Shown: positions 29,160-39,542 of the stretch, in pieces
How the letters are laid out: each line of letters begins with the position of its first letter
Position numbering within the stretch: the stretch's first letter is position 1
NCBI GenBank assembly: GCA_965222115.1
Contig: CBDCTJ010000007.1
Coordinates: 256,001 to 320,000, forward strand
DNA from: Planctomycetota bacterium
Lineage (GTDB): Bacteria; Planctomycetota; PLA2; JAEUHO01
Direction: 5' to 3'
Length of the DNA: 64,000 bases
Notes under the pieces: generated by a model
What the model saw: only the letters and a program-made list of their open reading frames with translations
Told to the model about the DNA's origin: nothing
The model's database searches: none
Position numbers and translations under genes: made by a program

Positions 29160-31238
29160 ATGCCTCATCATCAACACATGACGTCACGACCGATCGCCTT
29201 CAAGACGGGCCTTTGGGCGCTTCTGCTCGTGCTTGGGTGTGCTTCACTCAGTAGTGCACGCGAACCCACCGACACGGCGGCGCGGATCGATGGGCGGGTG
29301 GAGATCATGCCCAACGGGGATGGACACGCCATACTCACGATGGACGTCAACCACGCGCCTTATACACAACTCAAACGCGCCTACCCCAATCCACAACAAC
29401 TGATGCGTGACTTCACGGCCGGGCGCAGCAACTGGGAAATCGCTCCCGGCGCTACAGCCGAATACGACGACCGCGCCTCAGCGGTGCACCTCAAAATGAC
29501 GGAGCGCGGCGGCATCGTAAACCGTGGCAACGGTCGCTGGACGCTTGAAATCGACCCGGCCTCGGACTTTGTCGCGCAAACAGCCAACGACGGCCGCATC
29601 ACAATGCACTTCTACGAAGTCGGTAGCTGGGGGCCAGGTGTGAACTACCGCGGCCCGGTGCGCTACCAACTGCCTGAGGGCGCCAAAGATGCTCTGTGGA
29701 ACGAGCGTTCGCGCGAACTCACCTACACGCTGCCGCGCGACTTGGGCAGCGGCCCCGCTTCCCTCTCGGTCGATCTCCAGACCAAGCAACGCATCATGTC
29801 GGCGGTGTACAAAGTCTATGGTTTTGGCGCCGACTTTTCGGGCATGTGGATTGCCAAGGGCGTCATCGAGAACACGGGCAAGAGCCTCATCAAAGATCTT
29901 AAAGTGCGCTACAAGCTTGGGGAGTACAGCGAGTGGAGTACGTGGCAACGCTTCCCCGAACTGGTTCCGAGCCAAATGGTGCGCTGCAACTACTACCCCG
30001 TGCTCAAGTCTCAAATCGCGCGGTTGACCTCCAATACGCCGGCCGACGTTCGCATGGAGTGGTCGTACCGCGACATCGACGGGCAGCAGCATGAGGACTC
30101 TTCGGGCGAGCGCATCACGATTTTGGGTGGGCATGAGTTCGTGTTTAGCAACTTGACACAGGGCGAGAGCACCGGTACGTGGCACGAGTCGTTCAACAAC
30201 GCGCCCCTCGTCGCGGCGTGGGCCAGCCGGGATGACATGGTCGTCAAGCAGTTTGCGGCCATGGCAAACAAAATGGCCGGTGGCGTTGGCGCCAGCAGCT
30301 CAAACGACAACGCCGTCAAGGTACTCCGCACGCTGTACGACATCATGCGCGTCAATGATTTCACGTATCAACACCCGCCGGGCATGGTCGACAAATCATT
30401 GAGCTTTGACGTGCAGATGATTCAAAACGTCAAGTTCCCGCGCGACGTCATCCGCGATCGATCGGGAACGTGCATTGATCTCGCCATTCTCTATGCGTCG
30501 ATGGCCAACGCCGTAGGCCTCAAACCGTTCTTGGCGTTCATTCCGGGACACTGCTTTCCCGTGATCGAGCTCCCGGGCGGCCAACGCATTGGTGTTGAAG
30601 TCACCGGCATCGGCGGCGGCCTCAAGCACGGAAGCGACTCGTTCGCCGAGGTGGTAGACACCGGTATCAAGACGCTTGCCAAGTGGCAACAGGATGGACG
30701 CATCTACGTCATTGACGTTCAGGAAATGTGGACGCGGGGCATCGCCAATCCCGAGCTTCCGCGGCTTCCCCCCAATATACTCAATGACTGGAAAATTAAG
30801 GCCGAGCTGCCTCGCCGTCCGGATCAACCGAAGCAACCTGACCCGCAGCAACCGAGGAATGCGCCTCCCTTCGTAGGCATTTGGGGCGGCAACGTCACGG
30901 AAGCGCTCGATACAGGCGGGAGCATCACGTATCCCGTCGTGATTCAGATTCAACGGGGACAAAACGGCGGCTACACCCTACAGGCCGTTTCACAGGCGCG
31001 CGTACCAACCGCCAATGGTCCGATGAATGTTCGCATTGAACAGACCTATGCGGGTCAGTTGCGTGGGTCGCAACTCGTTTTCAAAGGCACGTCAAAGGTC
31101 GCTACGGCCAATGGACAGAAAAAGCAGATGCCGCCCGACAACGGTGTGGCCCAGATCGTCAACGGCACGCTTCAGGGACGCGCCGGAAACGACAACGACG
31201 GCTATGAAAACTTCCAATTCCAACGCCAGCGCCGATAA
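29160..31238 (+). CDS. Secreted protein with transglutaminase-like (Cys-His-Glu) domain
   Basis: Signal peptide; QNVKFPRDVI...GTCIDLAILYAS...PGHCFP...VEVT. Confidence 0.65.
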   Translation: MPHHQHMTSRPIAFKTGLWALLLVLGCASLSSAREPTDTAARIDGRVEIMPNGDGHAILTMDVNHAPYTQLKRAYPNPQQLMRDFTAGRSNWEIAPGATAEYDDRASAVHLKMTERGGIVNRGNGRWTLEIDPASDFVAQTANDGRITMHFYEVGSWGPGVNYRGPVRYQLPEGAKDALWNERSRELTYTLPRDLGSGPASLSVDLQTKQRIMSAVYKVYGFGADFSGMWIAKGVIENTGKSLIKDLKVRYKLGEYSEWSTWQRFPELVPSQMVRCNYYPVLKSQIARLTSNTPADVRMEWSYRDIDGQQHEDSSGERITILGGHEFVFSNLTQGESTGTWHESFNNAPLVAAWASRDDMVVKQFAAMANKMAGGVGASSSNDNAVKVLRTLYDIMRVNDFTYQHPPGMVDKSLSFDVQMIQNVKFPRDVIRDRSGTCIDLAILYASMANAVGLKPFLAFIPGHCFPVIELPGGQRIGVEVTGIGGGLKHGSDSFAEVVDTGIKTLAKWQQDGRIYVIDVQEMWTRGIANPELPRLPPNILNDWKIKAELPRRPDQPKQPDPQQPRNAPPFVGIWGGNVTEALDTGGSITYPVVIQIQRGQNGGYTLQAVSQARVPTANGPMNVRIEQTYAGQLRGSQLVFKGTSKVATANGQKKQMPPDNGVAQIVNGTLQGRAGNDNDGYENFQFQRQRR

Positions 31239-31268
31239 CGTCCTCTCCCTTTCCGCGAGGACAGCTGC

Positions 31269-32195
31269 GTGACCCGACTGATTGAGTGCGTGCCCAATAT
31301 TTCCAACGGTCGCGATCCCGATGTGGTCGCGGCCGTGGCCGAAGCCTTCGCGTCGGCAGGCGCCACACTGCTTGGAAGCGATTCCGATCCCGATCACAAC
31401 CGCAGCGTGATTACGATTGCCGGCACGCCGGATCAGGTCATCGAGGGCGCCGTACAAGGTGTGGGCGCGGCGCGGGATCGCATTGATCTCACCGATCACG
31501 AAGGCGCCCACCCGCGCATGGGCGCCACGGACGTGGTTCCGTTTATCCCGCTCGGCGACGCCACCATGGACGACGCGGTTGCATGTGCAACGTCGGCCGC
31601 CAAACGTATTTGGAAGATGTGCGCCATCCCTACCTACCTCTATGGCAAAGCGGCCTCCACGCCCAAACGACGCAATCTCGCTCGCGTGCGCAAGGGACAG
31701 TTTGAGGGCATTCGCGACACGATCGCCACCGACCCGGCTCGCCTTCCTGACTTTGGCGAAGCCGCCGTGCATCCCACAGCGGGCATTACGGCAGTGGGCG
31801 CGCGATTCTTCCTGATTGCCTACAATGTAAATCTTCAAACAACGAACTTGAAGATCGCCAAAGACATTGCCACCTCCATTCGTGAAAAAAACGATGGCAT
31901 GCCCGGTGTAAAGGCTATGGGGTTTGACCTGCCCGAAAAGAAGCAAGTACAGGTGTCCATGAACTTGGTGGACTACCGCAAGACGTCGCCCATCCAGGCC
32001 TTTGACGAAATCGCGAAACGCGCCGCGGCGGCAGGTGTAGCCATTACCGAAAGCGAAGTCGTAGGGCTAATTCCCAAGGCCGCATGCCCCGACAACTTTG
32101 TGACACGCGTACGCGCCCTGCACTTTGATCCCGATCAACAAATCATCGAACGCAGGCTCGCCGCGGCATCGTCGGGTTCGGGAGCAGGCGCATGA
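31269..32195 (+). CDS. ftcD: Glutamate formiminotransferase
   Basis: LIECVPNISNGRD, DPDHNRSV, HPRMGATDVVPF, GARFFLIAYNVNL, QVSMNL. Confidence 0.93.
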   Translation: MTRLIECVPNISNGRDPDVVAAVAEAFASAGATLLGSDSDPDHNRSVITIAGTPDQVIEGAVQGVGAARDRIDLTDHEGAHPRMGATDVVPFIPLGDATMDDAVACATSAAKRIWKMCAIPTYLYGKAASTPKRRNLARVRKGQFEGIRDTIATDPARLPDFGEAAVHPTAGITAVGARFFLIAYNVNLQTTNLKIAKDIATSIREKNDGMPGVKAMGFDLPEKKQVQVSMNLVDYRKTSPIQAFDEIAKRAAAAGVAITESEVVGLIPKAACPDNFVTRVRALHFDPDQQIIERRLAAASSGSGAGA

Positions 32196-32830
32196 GCACA
32201 CACGATTTTCATTCGCCCACGGTGGACGAGTTTCTGAGCAAACTCGCCAGCGCGTCGCCTACGCCCGGTGGCGGATCGGGTGCCGCAGTGGCCGGTGCGA
32301 TGGGCGCTTCGTTGGTGCGCATGCTGGCCGAGCTCACCAAAGGCCGCAAGAAGTACGCCGCACACCAAGAACTCATGGAAGCCATCGCCGACCAGGCCGA
32401 AAACGAACGCAAAGCGTTAATGACATTGGCAGAGAAAGACGCCAGCGCCTACGACGCCGTGGGCGCCGCCTTCAAAATGCCCAAGGAGACCGACGAAGAG
32501 AAGCAGGCGCGAGGCACCGCAATCCAGTCGGCCATGCAAGGCGCGTGCGACGTACCGTTAGAAGTGATGCAGCATTGCTTGGAAGTGATCGGGCTTGCCA
32601 AGAACGCCGTACTCTCCGGCAACAAGAACGCACTATCCGATGGTGCCGCCGGCGCCGAGCTCGCGAGAGCGGCCATGAAGATTGCAGGCTACAACGTCAA
32701 GATCAATCTCGGATCGATCAAAGACGAAGCCTACGTCAAGCAGGCGCGTACGCGTTTGGATGAGATGATGTACATGGGCACGGCTGCCGCCAACACGATC
32801 GACTCCCATGTAAACGATCAGTGGAAGTGA
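32192..32830 (+). CDS. Formiminotetrahydrofolate cyclodeaminase (FTCD C-terminal domain)
   Basis: LASASPTPGGGS, GNKNALSD, NVKINL. Confidence 0.9.
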   Translation: MSTHDFHSPTVDEFLSKLASASPTPGGGSGAAVAGAMGASLVRMLAELTKGRKKYAAHQELMEAIADQAENERKALMTLAEKDASAYDAVGAAFKMPKETDEEKQARGTAIQSAMQGACDVPLEVMQHCLEVIGLAKNAVLSGNKNALSDGAAGAELARAAMKIAGYNVKINLGSIKDEAYVKQARTRLDEMMYMGTAAANTIDSHVNDQWK

Positions 32831-33765
32831 GCCCAACCACGTCGCAACTCACCCACTCGCCCCCGCCCGCCCTACGCATTACGGGTCTTGAAAAACACTA
32901 CAGTCGCGTGCGCGCACTCGACGGCATCGATGTCACCGTGCCCAAGGGCGCCATATACGGATTCATAGGTCCGAATGGCGCGGGTAAAACAACAACCATC
33001 CGCATCCTTGCTGGACTCATACGACCCACGCGCGGCGATGTCACGCTCCAGGGCCATGACCTCGCCGCCGATCGCGTGCAAGCAGCACGGGGCCTGCGCA
33101 CACTTGTTGAAGTACCTGCGTTTTATCCGTCCCTTACCGGCCAGCAGAATCTTGGCGTGTTCGCCAAACTCGCCCGCGCTCCCAAGGGCGACGTGGACCG
33201 CCTATTGGAAGCGGTTGGACTCACGCATGCGGCGAAACGAGCCGTGGGCGGGTATTCACTCGGTATGCGGCAACGTCTTGGCATTGCGCAGGCACTGGTG
33301 GGCCATCCCACACTCGTTGTGCTCGACGAACCCATGAACGGCCTCGACCCCGCGGCGATTCATCTCGTGCGCACGTTGATTCAAAAGGAACGAAGCGAGC
33401 GCGGCGTGACGTTCTTTCTGTCCAGCCACCTACTGCACGACGTGGAGACGCTTTGCGACCACGTGGGTGTGCTTCATCGCGGTCGCATGGTTACCGAAAG
33501 TGATATGGCCACGATGCTTGAAGCGCCGGTCGAGGGCTATCGGCTCGAGACATCGGACAATGCGAAGGCTGCTAAGCAGTTGCGTGAATTCACACCAACG
33601 CTTGCACCCGACGAATCCTTCATCGATGTGCTGACCGACGCGCGTGGCATCATCGAAGTGCAACAAGCGCTTCTATATGCGAACATCGACGTGCGATCGC
33701 TCGCTCCTCTACGAAAGGACTTGGAGCGTTTGTTTATCGACATGACCGAGGGAGTCATGGGATGA
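32827..33765 (+). CDS. ABC transporter ATP-binding protein
   Basis: GPNGAGKTT, YSLGMRQR, LDEP, SSH. Confidence 0.95.
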   Translation: MSPTTSQLTHSPPPALRITGLEKHYSRVRALDGIDVTVPKGAIYGFIGPNGAGKTTTIRILAGLIRPTRGDVTLQGHDLAADRVQAARGLRTLVEVPAFYPSLTGQQNLGVFAKLARAPKGDVDRLLEAVGLTHAAKRAVGGYSLGMRQRLGIAQALVGHPTLVVLDEPMNGLDPAAIHLVRTLIQKERSERGVTFFLSSHLLHDVETLCDHVGVLHRGRMVTESDMATMLEAPVEGYRLETSDNAKAAKQLREFTPTLAPDESFIDVLTDARGIIEVQQALLYANIDVRSLAPLRKDLERLFIDMTEGVMG

Positions 33766-34967
33766 GCCTATCCAAACAAGCGCTCAACCCTCAAACGATG
33801 ATGCGCGTCGTACTCTGGGGACTGGCCGCAGCGATTGCGCTGTATGGCATTGTGCGCGCCTCCGGTCGCGATGCAGCAACGCTCCCGCTATGGGTCTCGG
33901 CCTTTTTCGTATACGGATTTCTCGTAGCCATCCCCGCGTCTCGACGCGCGATTGGTCATGCAAGGTGGTGGTTGCCGCTCGCCAGCTTTCTCGTATTCGG
34001 TGGCCTCGCCCACGCCCTGGCGCATGGACTTGACGCATGGCTACCGAATCGCGGCGCGGATGAGCCGGGCGCTCGCGCTATGCTCTACATTGCGCTGCTT
34101 GTGTTGGCCGTCATCTACCTTTTCAGGCGAGGCGCGGGGAGTCGAATCGCGCGATTGATCGGGGTGGAGTGGCACAAACTGCGATACGGCACGCTACTTC
34201 GCATGGGCCTACTGATTGCCGTGGTGGCCACCTACATTGCCGGCCTTACCTACACGCCCTATGAAGGCGCCTCCGGTTGGGCCACGGCAACACATAGTCT
34301 TGGCGCCGGGCATTGGGTAGCCGACATCATGGCGCTTGTTCTTGGCGCCACCATGCTGGCGGGCGAAGTCGGCGGCGGTACGATGAAAATGATCCTGCCC
34401 CACGCCTATGAACGCGGCGAGTGGATTGCCGCCAAGGGCTTCCTGGTGATTGCGTTCTCATTCGTGCTGGTGGGACTCGTGGCACTCACCGCGGTGCTCC
34501 ACGCCGAGAACGTGCAGGGTCTCGGCGACGTAACGAAAATCGTTCCCGCGGGCTTCGGTGAAGAGAACGACACAGTAGAGATCTTTCAAACCGCAGACAC
34601 AATGCGCAGTCACTTTACCGACACGATCGTTTCGGCCGGCGTGAGTACCGCAGCGACGGGGCTGATTGCACTCTTCTTTTCCAGCCTCTTTGGCAGTGTC
34701 GTGCCCGCCCTATCAGCATCGTTTCTCACACTGATTGCGCTGCGTGTGGGCGGCACGCTTCTCGGCTTCTCAACGGCAATTGCCGACAACCTTTATCCGC
34801 GTATCCCGGATGAGCTACGTCGCCTTACGGGCCAACTCGGTCGTGGTTTTAGTGAGCGTTGGGACGAACACTTGTTGGGGCATGGCATCGCACTGGCCGT
34901 CTTTGTGGGTGCGTTGGCGTGGCTCACCGCTGCGCGGTGGTTTACGGAACGAGATCTTCACGGATAG
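33762..34967 (+). CDS. ABC-2 type permease
   Basis: Multi-TM, EWHKL, AGEVGGGTMK...R...AAK motif; overlaps the ATPase stop. Confidence 0.85.
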   Translation: MSLSKQALNPQTMMRVVLWGLAAAIALYGIVRASGRDAATLPLWVSAFFVYGFLVAIPASRRAIGHARWWLPLASFLVFGGLAHALAHGLDAWLPNRGADEPGARAMLYIALLVLAVIYLFRRGAGSRIARLIGVEWHKLRYGTLLRMGLLIAVVATYIAGLTYTPYEGASGWATATHSLGAGHWVADIMALVLGATMLAGEVGGGTMKMILPHAYERGEWIAAKGFLVIAFSFVLVGLVALTAVLHAENVQGLGDVTKIVPAGFGEENDTVEIFQTADTMRSHFTDTIVSAGVSTAATGLIALFFSSLFGSVVPALSASFLTLIALRVGGTLLGFSTAIADNLYPRIPDELRRLTGQLGRGFSERWDEHLLGHGIALAVFVGALAWLTAARWFTERDLHG

Positions 34968-34973
34968 TCCTGA

Positions 34974-35792
34974 CTAACAGCGTCTGTGCTTGATGGCTTT
35001 TCGCAGCGCCGCGTCGGGTTCGAATGGGTAGGAACGATTTCGAAGCAAAACATCGTCGGGGTACCGCACAACCAGTTCGAAGCCGGGTAGTGCCTTGAGC
35101 AAGTCCTCGAGCGACGGCTGCCCTTCGTACAGTTCGACATCAATACATTCTGTATAGAGAAAACGAGTTGTTGCGAGTGTCTTTTGTGCGCCTTGAATCA
35201 CATCGAGTTCCGCACCCTGCACGTCCATCCAAATGAAATCGACGTCACGTACATTGTGTTGGTCAGCCCATCCGTCGAGGGTGCACGTAGCGACCTCGAT
35301 GGTGTTCTCAAACGTAATCCAGTCGTACAGTTCTTTGTGTCGCTTGGGCACCTTGATGGAACCTGACAGATCGCACCCGTCGGACAATTCAACGCGGCCT
35401 CCGTCTGTCGGCGTGCCGCCACTCTGATAAAAGCGCACCGTGCCCGCGCGATCGCTCAGGGCAACTTCAAACAGGGACACGCGCGGATCGTCGCCCACGG
35501 TCCTTCGAAAACCCGCAATAGCACGAGGCTCCGGTTCAAAGCAGTAGATGGTCGCTTGCGGGAAGAGCGAAAGAAAGCGACGGGTATCCGTGCCGTAGTG
35601 GCAGCCAATTTCTAAAATCAATGAATCGTCGCGACCCACACAAAACTGAAGCAGTCGTTCGGAGATCGCCTTGACTTGCTTGCGCCTTTGTCTGCGTTGG
35701 AACCATCGTCGCATCGTGCCCATTCCGGGACGATTCACCGGATCGTCGATCCGCCGCTCGGAGGTACGCTCCTCAACCGTGTCGTCCGTCAT
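34974..35792 (-). CDS. FkbM-family methyltransferase
   Basis: LEIGCHYG, FEP, TLD, FIWMDVQGAELDV; start uncertain. Confidence 0.88.
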   Translation of the reverse strand: MTDDTVEERTSERRIDDPVNRPGMGTMRRWFQRRQRRKQVKAISERLLQFCVGRDDSLILEIGCHYGTDTRRFLSLFPQATIYCFEPEPRAIAGFRRTVGDDPRVSLFEVALSDRAGTVRFYQSGGTPTDGGRVELSDGCDLSGSIKVPKRHKELYDWITFENTIEVATCTLDGWADQHNVRDVDFIWMDVQGAELDVIQGAQKTLATTRFLYTECIDVELYEGQPSLEDLLKALPGFELVVRYPDDVLLRNRSYPFEPDAALRKAIKHRRC

Positions 35793-35884
35793 GGCCTCAT
35801 TCTTATACGAATCCTGTAACAAGTCCTCGGTTCGTTGCATCCAATCAACTGGCGGACCGCATACCCGCCACCAAGGAGGCATCG

Positions 35885-36355
35885 ATGACAACTTTACGCA
35901 ACGCCGCGCTACCGTTGGCAGTCATTCTTATGACCACCATCATCCTTACCGCATGCCAGCGAACGCGCTGCTGCGCCCGATCCTGCAACACAGCGCGACA
36001 ATTGGCACCGCAAGCGCCTCCCTCTCAACTCGCGCCCCCGATGACTGTCCAACCGGCACCCCCGATCTACGTCTCACCGCCAGCGCTAGCAACCGAGCCG
36101 GCGCCGCCTCCATCCATAATCAACACCCAAGCGCTCTATGCATCTCGCTGCGCCCAGTGCCATGGCGCCAGAGGCGAGGGCGGCGAAAAGGTCCCCGCCC
36201 TGATTGGCCCCGGCGCGTTGGCCAAGGCCCCCACCCTCCAAGCACTCGCAACCTACATCCAACAGACCATGCCCCCCGAAGGCATGGGCCCCCGCCTCAC
36301 CCACGCCGAAGCCCACGCACTCGCTTCCTTCGCGTGGAAGGCGAATGGGCGCTAG
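35885..36355 (+). CDS. c-type cytochrome lipoprotein
   Basis: LTAC lipobox, Pro-rich linker, CAQCHG heme motif, YIQQTMP axial Met. Confidence 0.85.
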   Translation: MTTLRNAALPLAVILMTTIILTACQRTRCCARSCNTARQLAPQAPPSQLAPPMTVQPAPPIYVSPPALATEPAPPPSIINTQALYASRCAQCHGARGEGGEKVPALIGPGALAKAPTLQALATYIQQTMPPEGMGPRLTHAEAHALASFAWKANGR

Positions 36356-36446
36356 CGCGCACGCGCTCAGAGGCGTTTCATGCGGTGCTTAATCGCACGT
36401 TCTATGCATTACCGCGCATAGCCGGTGGTGGCGCTAATATGCCCCC

Positions 36447-37949
36447 ATGCGCGTCTGCTGCTTATCGCTGTTGCTCGTGGTGTTGGGCGGGCCGTCGGTG
36501 TATGGCGGGCCGGCGCAGCATAAGGGCTACCGCTATGAGATGGGGGGGGTCATTGAGGGGCTCACGACATACGACGTGAATGGGGACGGGCGTCAGGATG
36601 TCGTGATGATTGTTCGGACCGAAAGTGAACCCCAGCCGAAGATTGTGATGCTGGAAACGCCCGCAGCGCCAGCAAAGAAGACGTACTTTCCTGCAAGTGC
36701 GCGTACGTCGATTGCTTGTGCGGGTAAAGCAGCGCGGGCTGGCGTAGTAGCGGTCGGCGCGTTTCGGGAACCGGGGAAGACGGTGTTTCGTTTCTTGGGA
36801 CCCGATGGCGTGTTTGATGTCGGCGTGGATGGCAAACCGATGCCCATGCGTGAGGGTGACGCATTGCCATTGGCCTTTGGGCGCAGTGGCAAAGAGTCGC
36901 TACACTTTGCGAAGTACAACGGACCGAAGGGTGAGCTTGCAGCACCCGATCTGACGAACGCAACCATGCGTGTCATTCCCGGCACCGGTGCAGCTGCGAC
37001 ACCGAAGAAGAGCCACGTCGCGGTGCGTGGCACCAACCTGGCCACGCGCAGTACCGGATTTAAGACCGAACTCGACCTGCCGCGACCATCGTGGCTGCGG
37101 GGTCACGCGAACGACGCACTGTTTTATGAACCGGAGAGGCACACGCTTCGCGCAGCCTCGTCGCCTACGCCTTTGATGGCACTTCCTTTTATGAAGCCGC
37201 CGAAGACGCTGGCCAATGAAGAGCTGCATACCGCGCGCGTTCAATTTGCCGATGTGAATGGTGACAAAGTAAGCGATGTCTTGGTGACATTGTTGGTGGG
37301 GCGCCGCGATCGATTGGGGTCGCTGCGAACGATTCTCTTTCACTATGACGGCGCAACAGTGGTGGCGTCGGGCAAGAACAACTCGCTTCGGCTGCCAGGC
37401 GAGCCGCGTTGCCGCATTGATACAGAATCCGTCGCCCTGCACCCGCGCTTCGTGGATCTCAATGGCGACGGCGCGCTCGACTATGTATGCGATTCCGTTC
37501 GCGGAACGAAGGCGGATTTGTTTTTACAAGTGATGGGCAAGGACCCGACCATCACCATCACTGGCTTTCTTTTTGATCCCAAGAAGGGGACGTTCTCGAA
37601 CACGCCCTACTTCACGATCAAACGTGTGTATCCCTCGTCACAAGCCTTGAGTAATCGTTTCGGGCAGAGCGCATGGTTTGACGGCGACTTTGATGGCGAT
37701 GGGCACAAGGACCTGCTTGATCTTGGCAATCTCTCAAGCGTCGTCGTGCTGAAGGGCGGGCGCGCAACATCGGGCAATCACGGGGATCCCGCCACGTTCG
37801 ACACCGAGCTGGTGCCCACCATTCCCGTCAAGGACGGACTGCGACCCCATGCCACAATCCTCGATCTCAATGGCGATGGCAAAGACGATGCCATTCTGCG
37901 AAGCGACTCGGTACTCTATCTATTGGTCAGTCAAGCGGAGTCTAAGTAG
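36447..37949 (+). CDS. Secreted FG-GAP/VCBS repeat protein
   Basis: Multiple DxNGDGxxD motifs, signal peptide. Confidence 0.85.
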   Translation: MRVCCLSLLLVVLGGPSVYGGPAQHKGYRYEMGGVIEGLTTYDVNGDGRQDVVMIVRTESEPQPKIVMLETPAAPAKKTYFPASARTSIACAGKAARAGVVAVGAFREPGKTVFRFLGPDGVFDVGVDGKPMPMREGDALPLAFGRSGKESLHFAKYNGPKGELAAPDLTNATMRVIPGTGAAATPKKSHVAVRGTNLATRSTGFKTELDLPRPSWLRGHANDALFYEPERHTLRAASSPTPLMALPFMKPPKTLANEELHTARVQFADVNGDKVSDVLVTLLVGRRDRLGSLRTILFHYDGATVVASGKNNSLRLPGEPRCRIDTESVALHPRFVDLNGDGALDYVCDSVRGTKADLFLQVMGKDPTITITGFLFDPKKGTFSNTPYFTIKRVYPSSQALSNRFGQSAWFDGDFDGDGHKDLLDLGNLSSVVVLKGGRATSGNHGDPATFDTELVPTIPVKDGLRPHATILDLNGDGKDDAILRSDSVLYLLVSQAESK

Positions 37950-39472
37950 TGCGCGGGCTCACATGGCTGCTTGTCACGACTCTCTTCACGCTCTTGTGCG
38001 CGGGGGCGCCCGGCGTAGCGGCAAAGGAGGCGCCTCGCTGGATTGAACTCAACAGCCCCGATGTCGTGATGGGCGAGCGGCGCATCGATGTCGATGGAGA
38101 CGGGGTGTGCGACCTTGTGCTCCTGGCCAAGAACAATGTGTTCGTATGGAAGGGCGTCAAGGGCGCGTTACCATCGCCGACCGCCACCTTGACGCCGGCA
38201 TGGCCACGTCAAACCAAGCCCCGCGGGTTTATTGACTTTCTTAAGCGCGACAAGTCGTATGTGTTGGTTCAGGCCACTCGAAATACAGTTCAAAGCGTTT
38301 CATGGCAAGGCAATGTGCTCGACAAAGATCATGCGTTGCGTGCGAAGATCACGTGGGATGTGGGCGATGGCGATAACCTTTGCTTGGGTCCGCTTTGCGA
38401 TAATCACGGCGGTCATCTTGAGCCCCAAGGAAACGCCTATCGCTACGTGAGATCCGGCGCGGCGGTCATCGTGAGCGCTCTGGAACCGTATCGACGTACA
38501 GTAATGGGTGGCCAGTTTCTCGGTGAACCAAGCAAAGCCACCATTCGGTATCCGGCGCCCTTCTTTGGCGCGCCACCGCGTAAGGCAGGCGATTCCACAC
38601 CACCATCAAAGAAGCAGGACAAACACGTCGCACCCACATGCCTTTGGCTTCAGAGTGGCGACGCGGTGATCGCCCAAACCGACACAAGGCGCACAACATT
38701 TGACGCGCGTGCCTTGCTCCGCGGCAGCGATGTGAGTTCACTGACCGACCTGGAGCTGGTGGATCTCAACGGCGATGGTCGGCCGGAACTCTTCCATCAA
38801 CATCTCACCAACCGCTCAGGTGAGTATCGCTTCTTTGAGCTACCGACGGTTGCGGCGTCCAACAAGTCCAACCACGCTGGACCGTCGCTGGGTCGAAGCG
38901 TGAGCAAGCTCTCGCTTACAGGTTCGCAAGTGCAACCCACGTTTAGCGATCTCAATGGGGATGGCTTGATCGACTTTGCGGTCACAACCATCGCCATCGA
39001 CGGTCGCAATACGCTTCGTGCGCTCGGCGTAGGCGTCGTCACGTCCGAAACCCGAGCGTATTTGCATCGGGGTGGGGACGCACCCGCGGGCAGCTACCCA
39101 GATACGCCCGATGCGATTCAGAAGTCCGACATTCAGGTTGGCATCCAGTTCACCTATGCGGGGAACATTCAGGTAAATCGCAGTTTCACCATTGTGGTGG
39201 ACGGCGACTTTGATGGCGACGGATTGAACGACCTCCTCATTCGTCAGTCGGGCGACTCCTGCATGGTGTATTTGAGCGACAGGGACGCACTCTGGAAACG
39301 CGGGAAGCCACTCGCCGTAAGCATTCCTCCTGTGGGCAATCACCCCGACGTGGACGGCTACGCGGCGGACCTCACGGGTGACGGACGGGACGAGTTGCTC
39401 CTGATTTACCGCGCGCCTCCCAATGGCCGCGACCGCACGTTCGTAGTTTCTTTGGATGCGTATCTGAAGTAG
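37949..39472 (+). CDS. Secreted FG-GAP/VCBS repeat protein
   Basis: DVDGDG, DLNGDG, DFDGDG, DLTGDG repeats; similar architecture to the upstream gene. Confidence 0.85.
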   Translation: MRGLTWLLVTTLFTLLCAGAPGVAAKEAPRWIELNSPDVVMGERRIDVDGDGVCDLVLLAKNNVFVWKGVKGALPSPTATLTPAWPRQTKPRGFIDFLKRDKSYVLVQATRNTVQSVSWQGNVLDKDHALRAKITWDVGDGDNLCLGPLCDNHGGHLEPQGNAYRYVRSGAAVIVSALEPYRRTVMGGQFLGEPSKATIRYPAPFFGAPPRKAGDSTPPSKKQDKHVAPTCLWLQSGDAVIAQTDTRRTTFDARALLRGSDVSSLTDLELVDLNGDGRPELFHQHLTNRSGEYRFFELPTVAASNKSNHAGPSLGRSVSKLSLTGSQVQPTFSDLNGDGLIDFAVTTIAIDGRNTLRALGVGVVTSETRAYLHRGGDAPAGSYPDTPDAIQKSDIQVGIQFTYAGNIQVNRSFTIVVDGDFDGDGLNDLLIRQSGDSCMVYLSDRDALWKRGKPLAVSIPPVGNHPDVDGYAADLTGDGRDELLLIYRAPPNGRDRTFVVSLDAYLK

Positions 39473-39542
39473 CGACGCGACGCACCAGTGTGGCTCGGTA
39501 GACTAACCGCACGGTGAATCCCTTTGGAGCGTCCAAACACCT

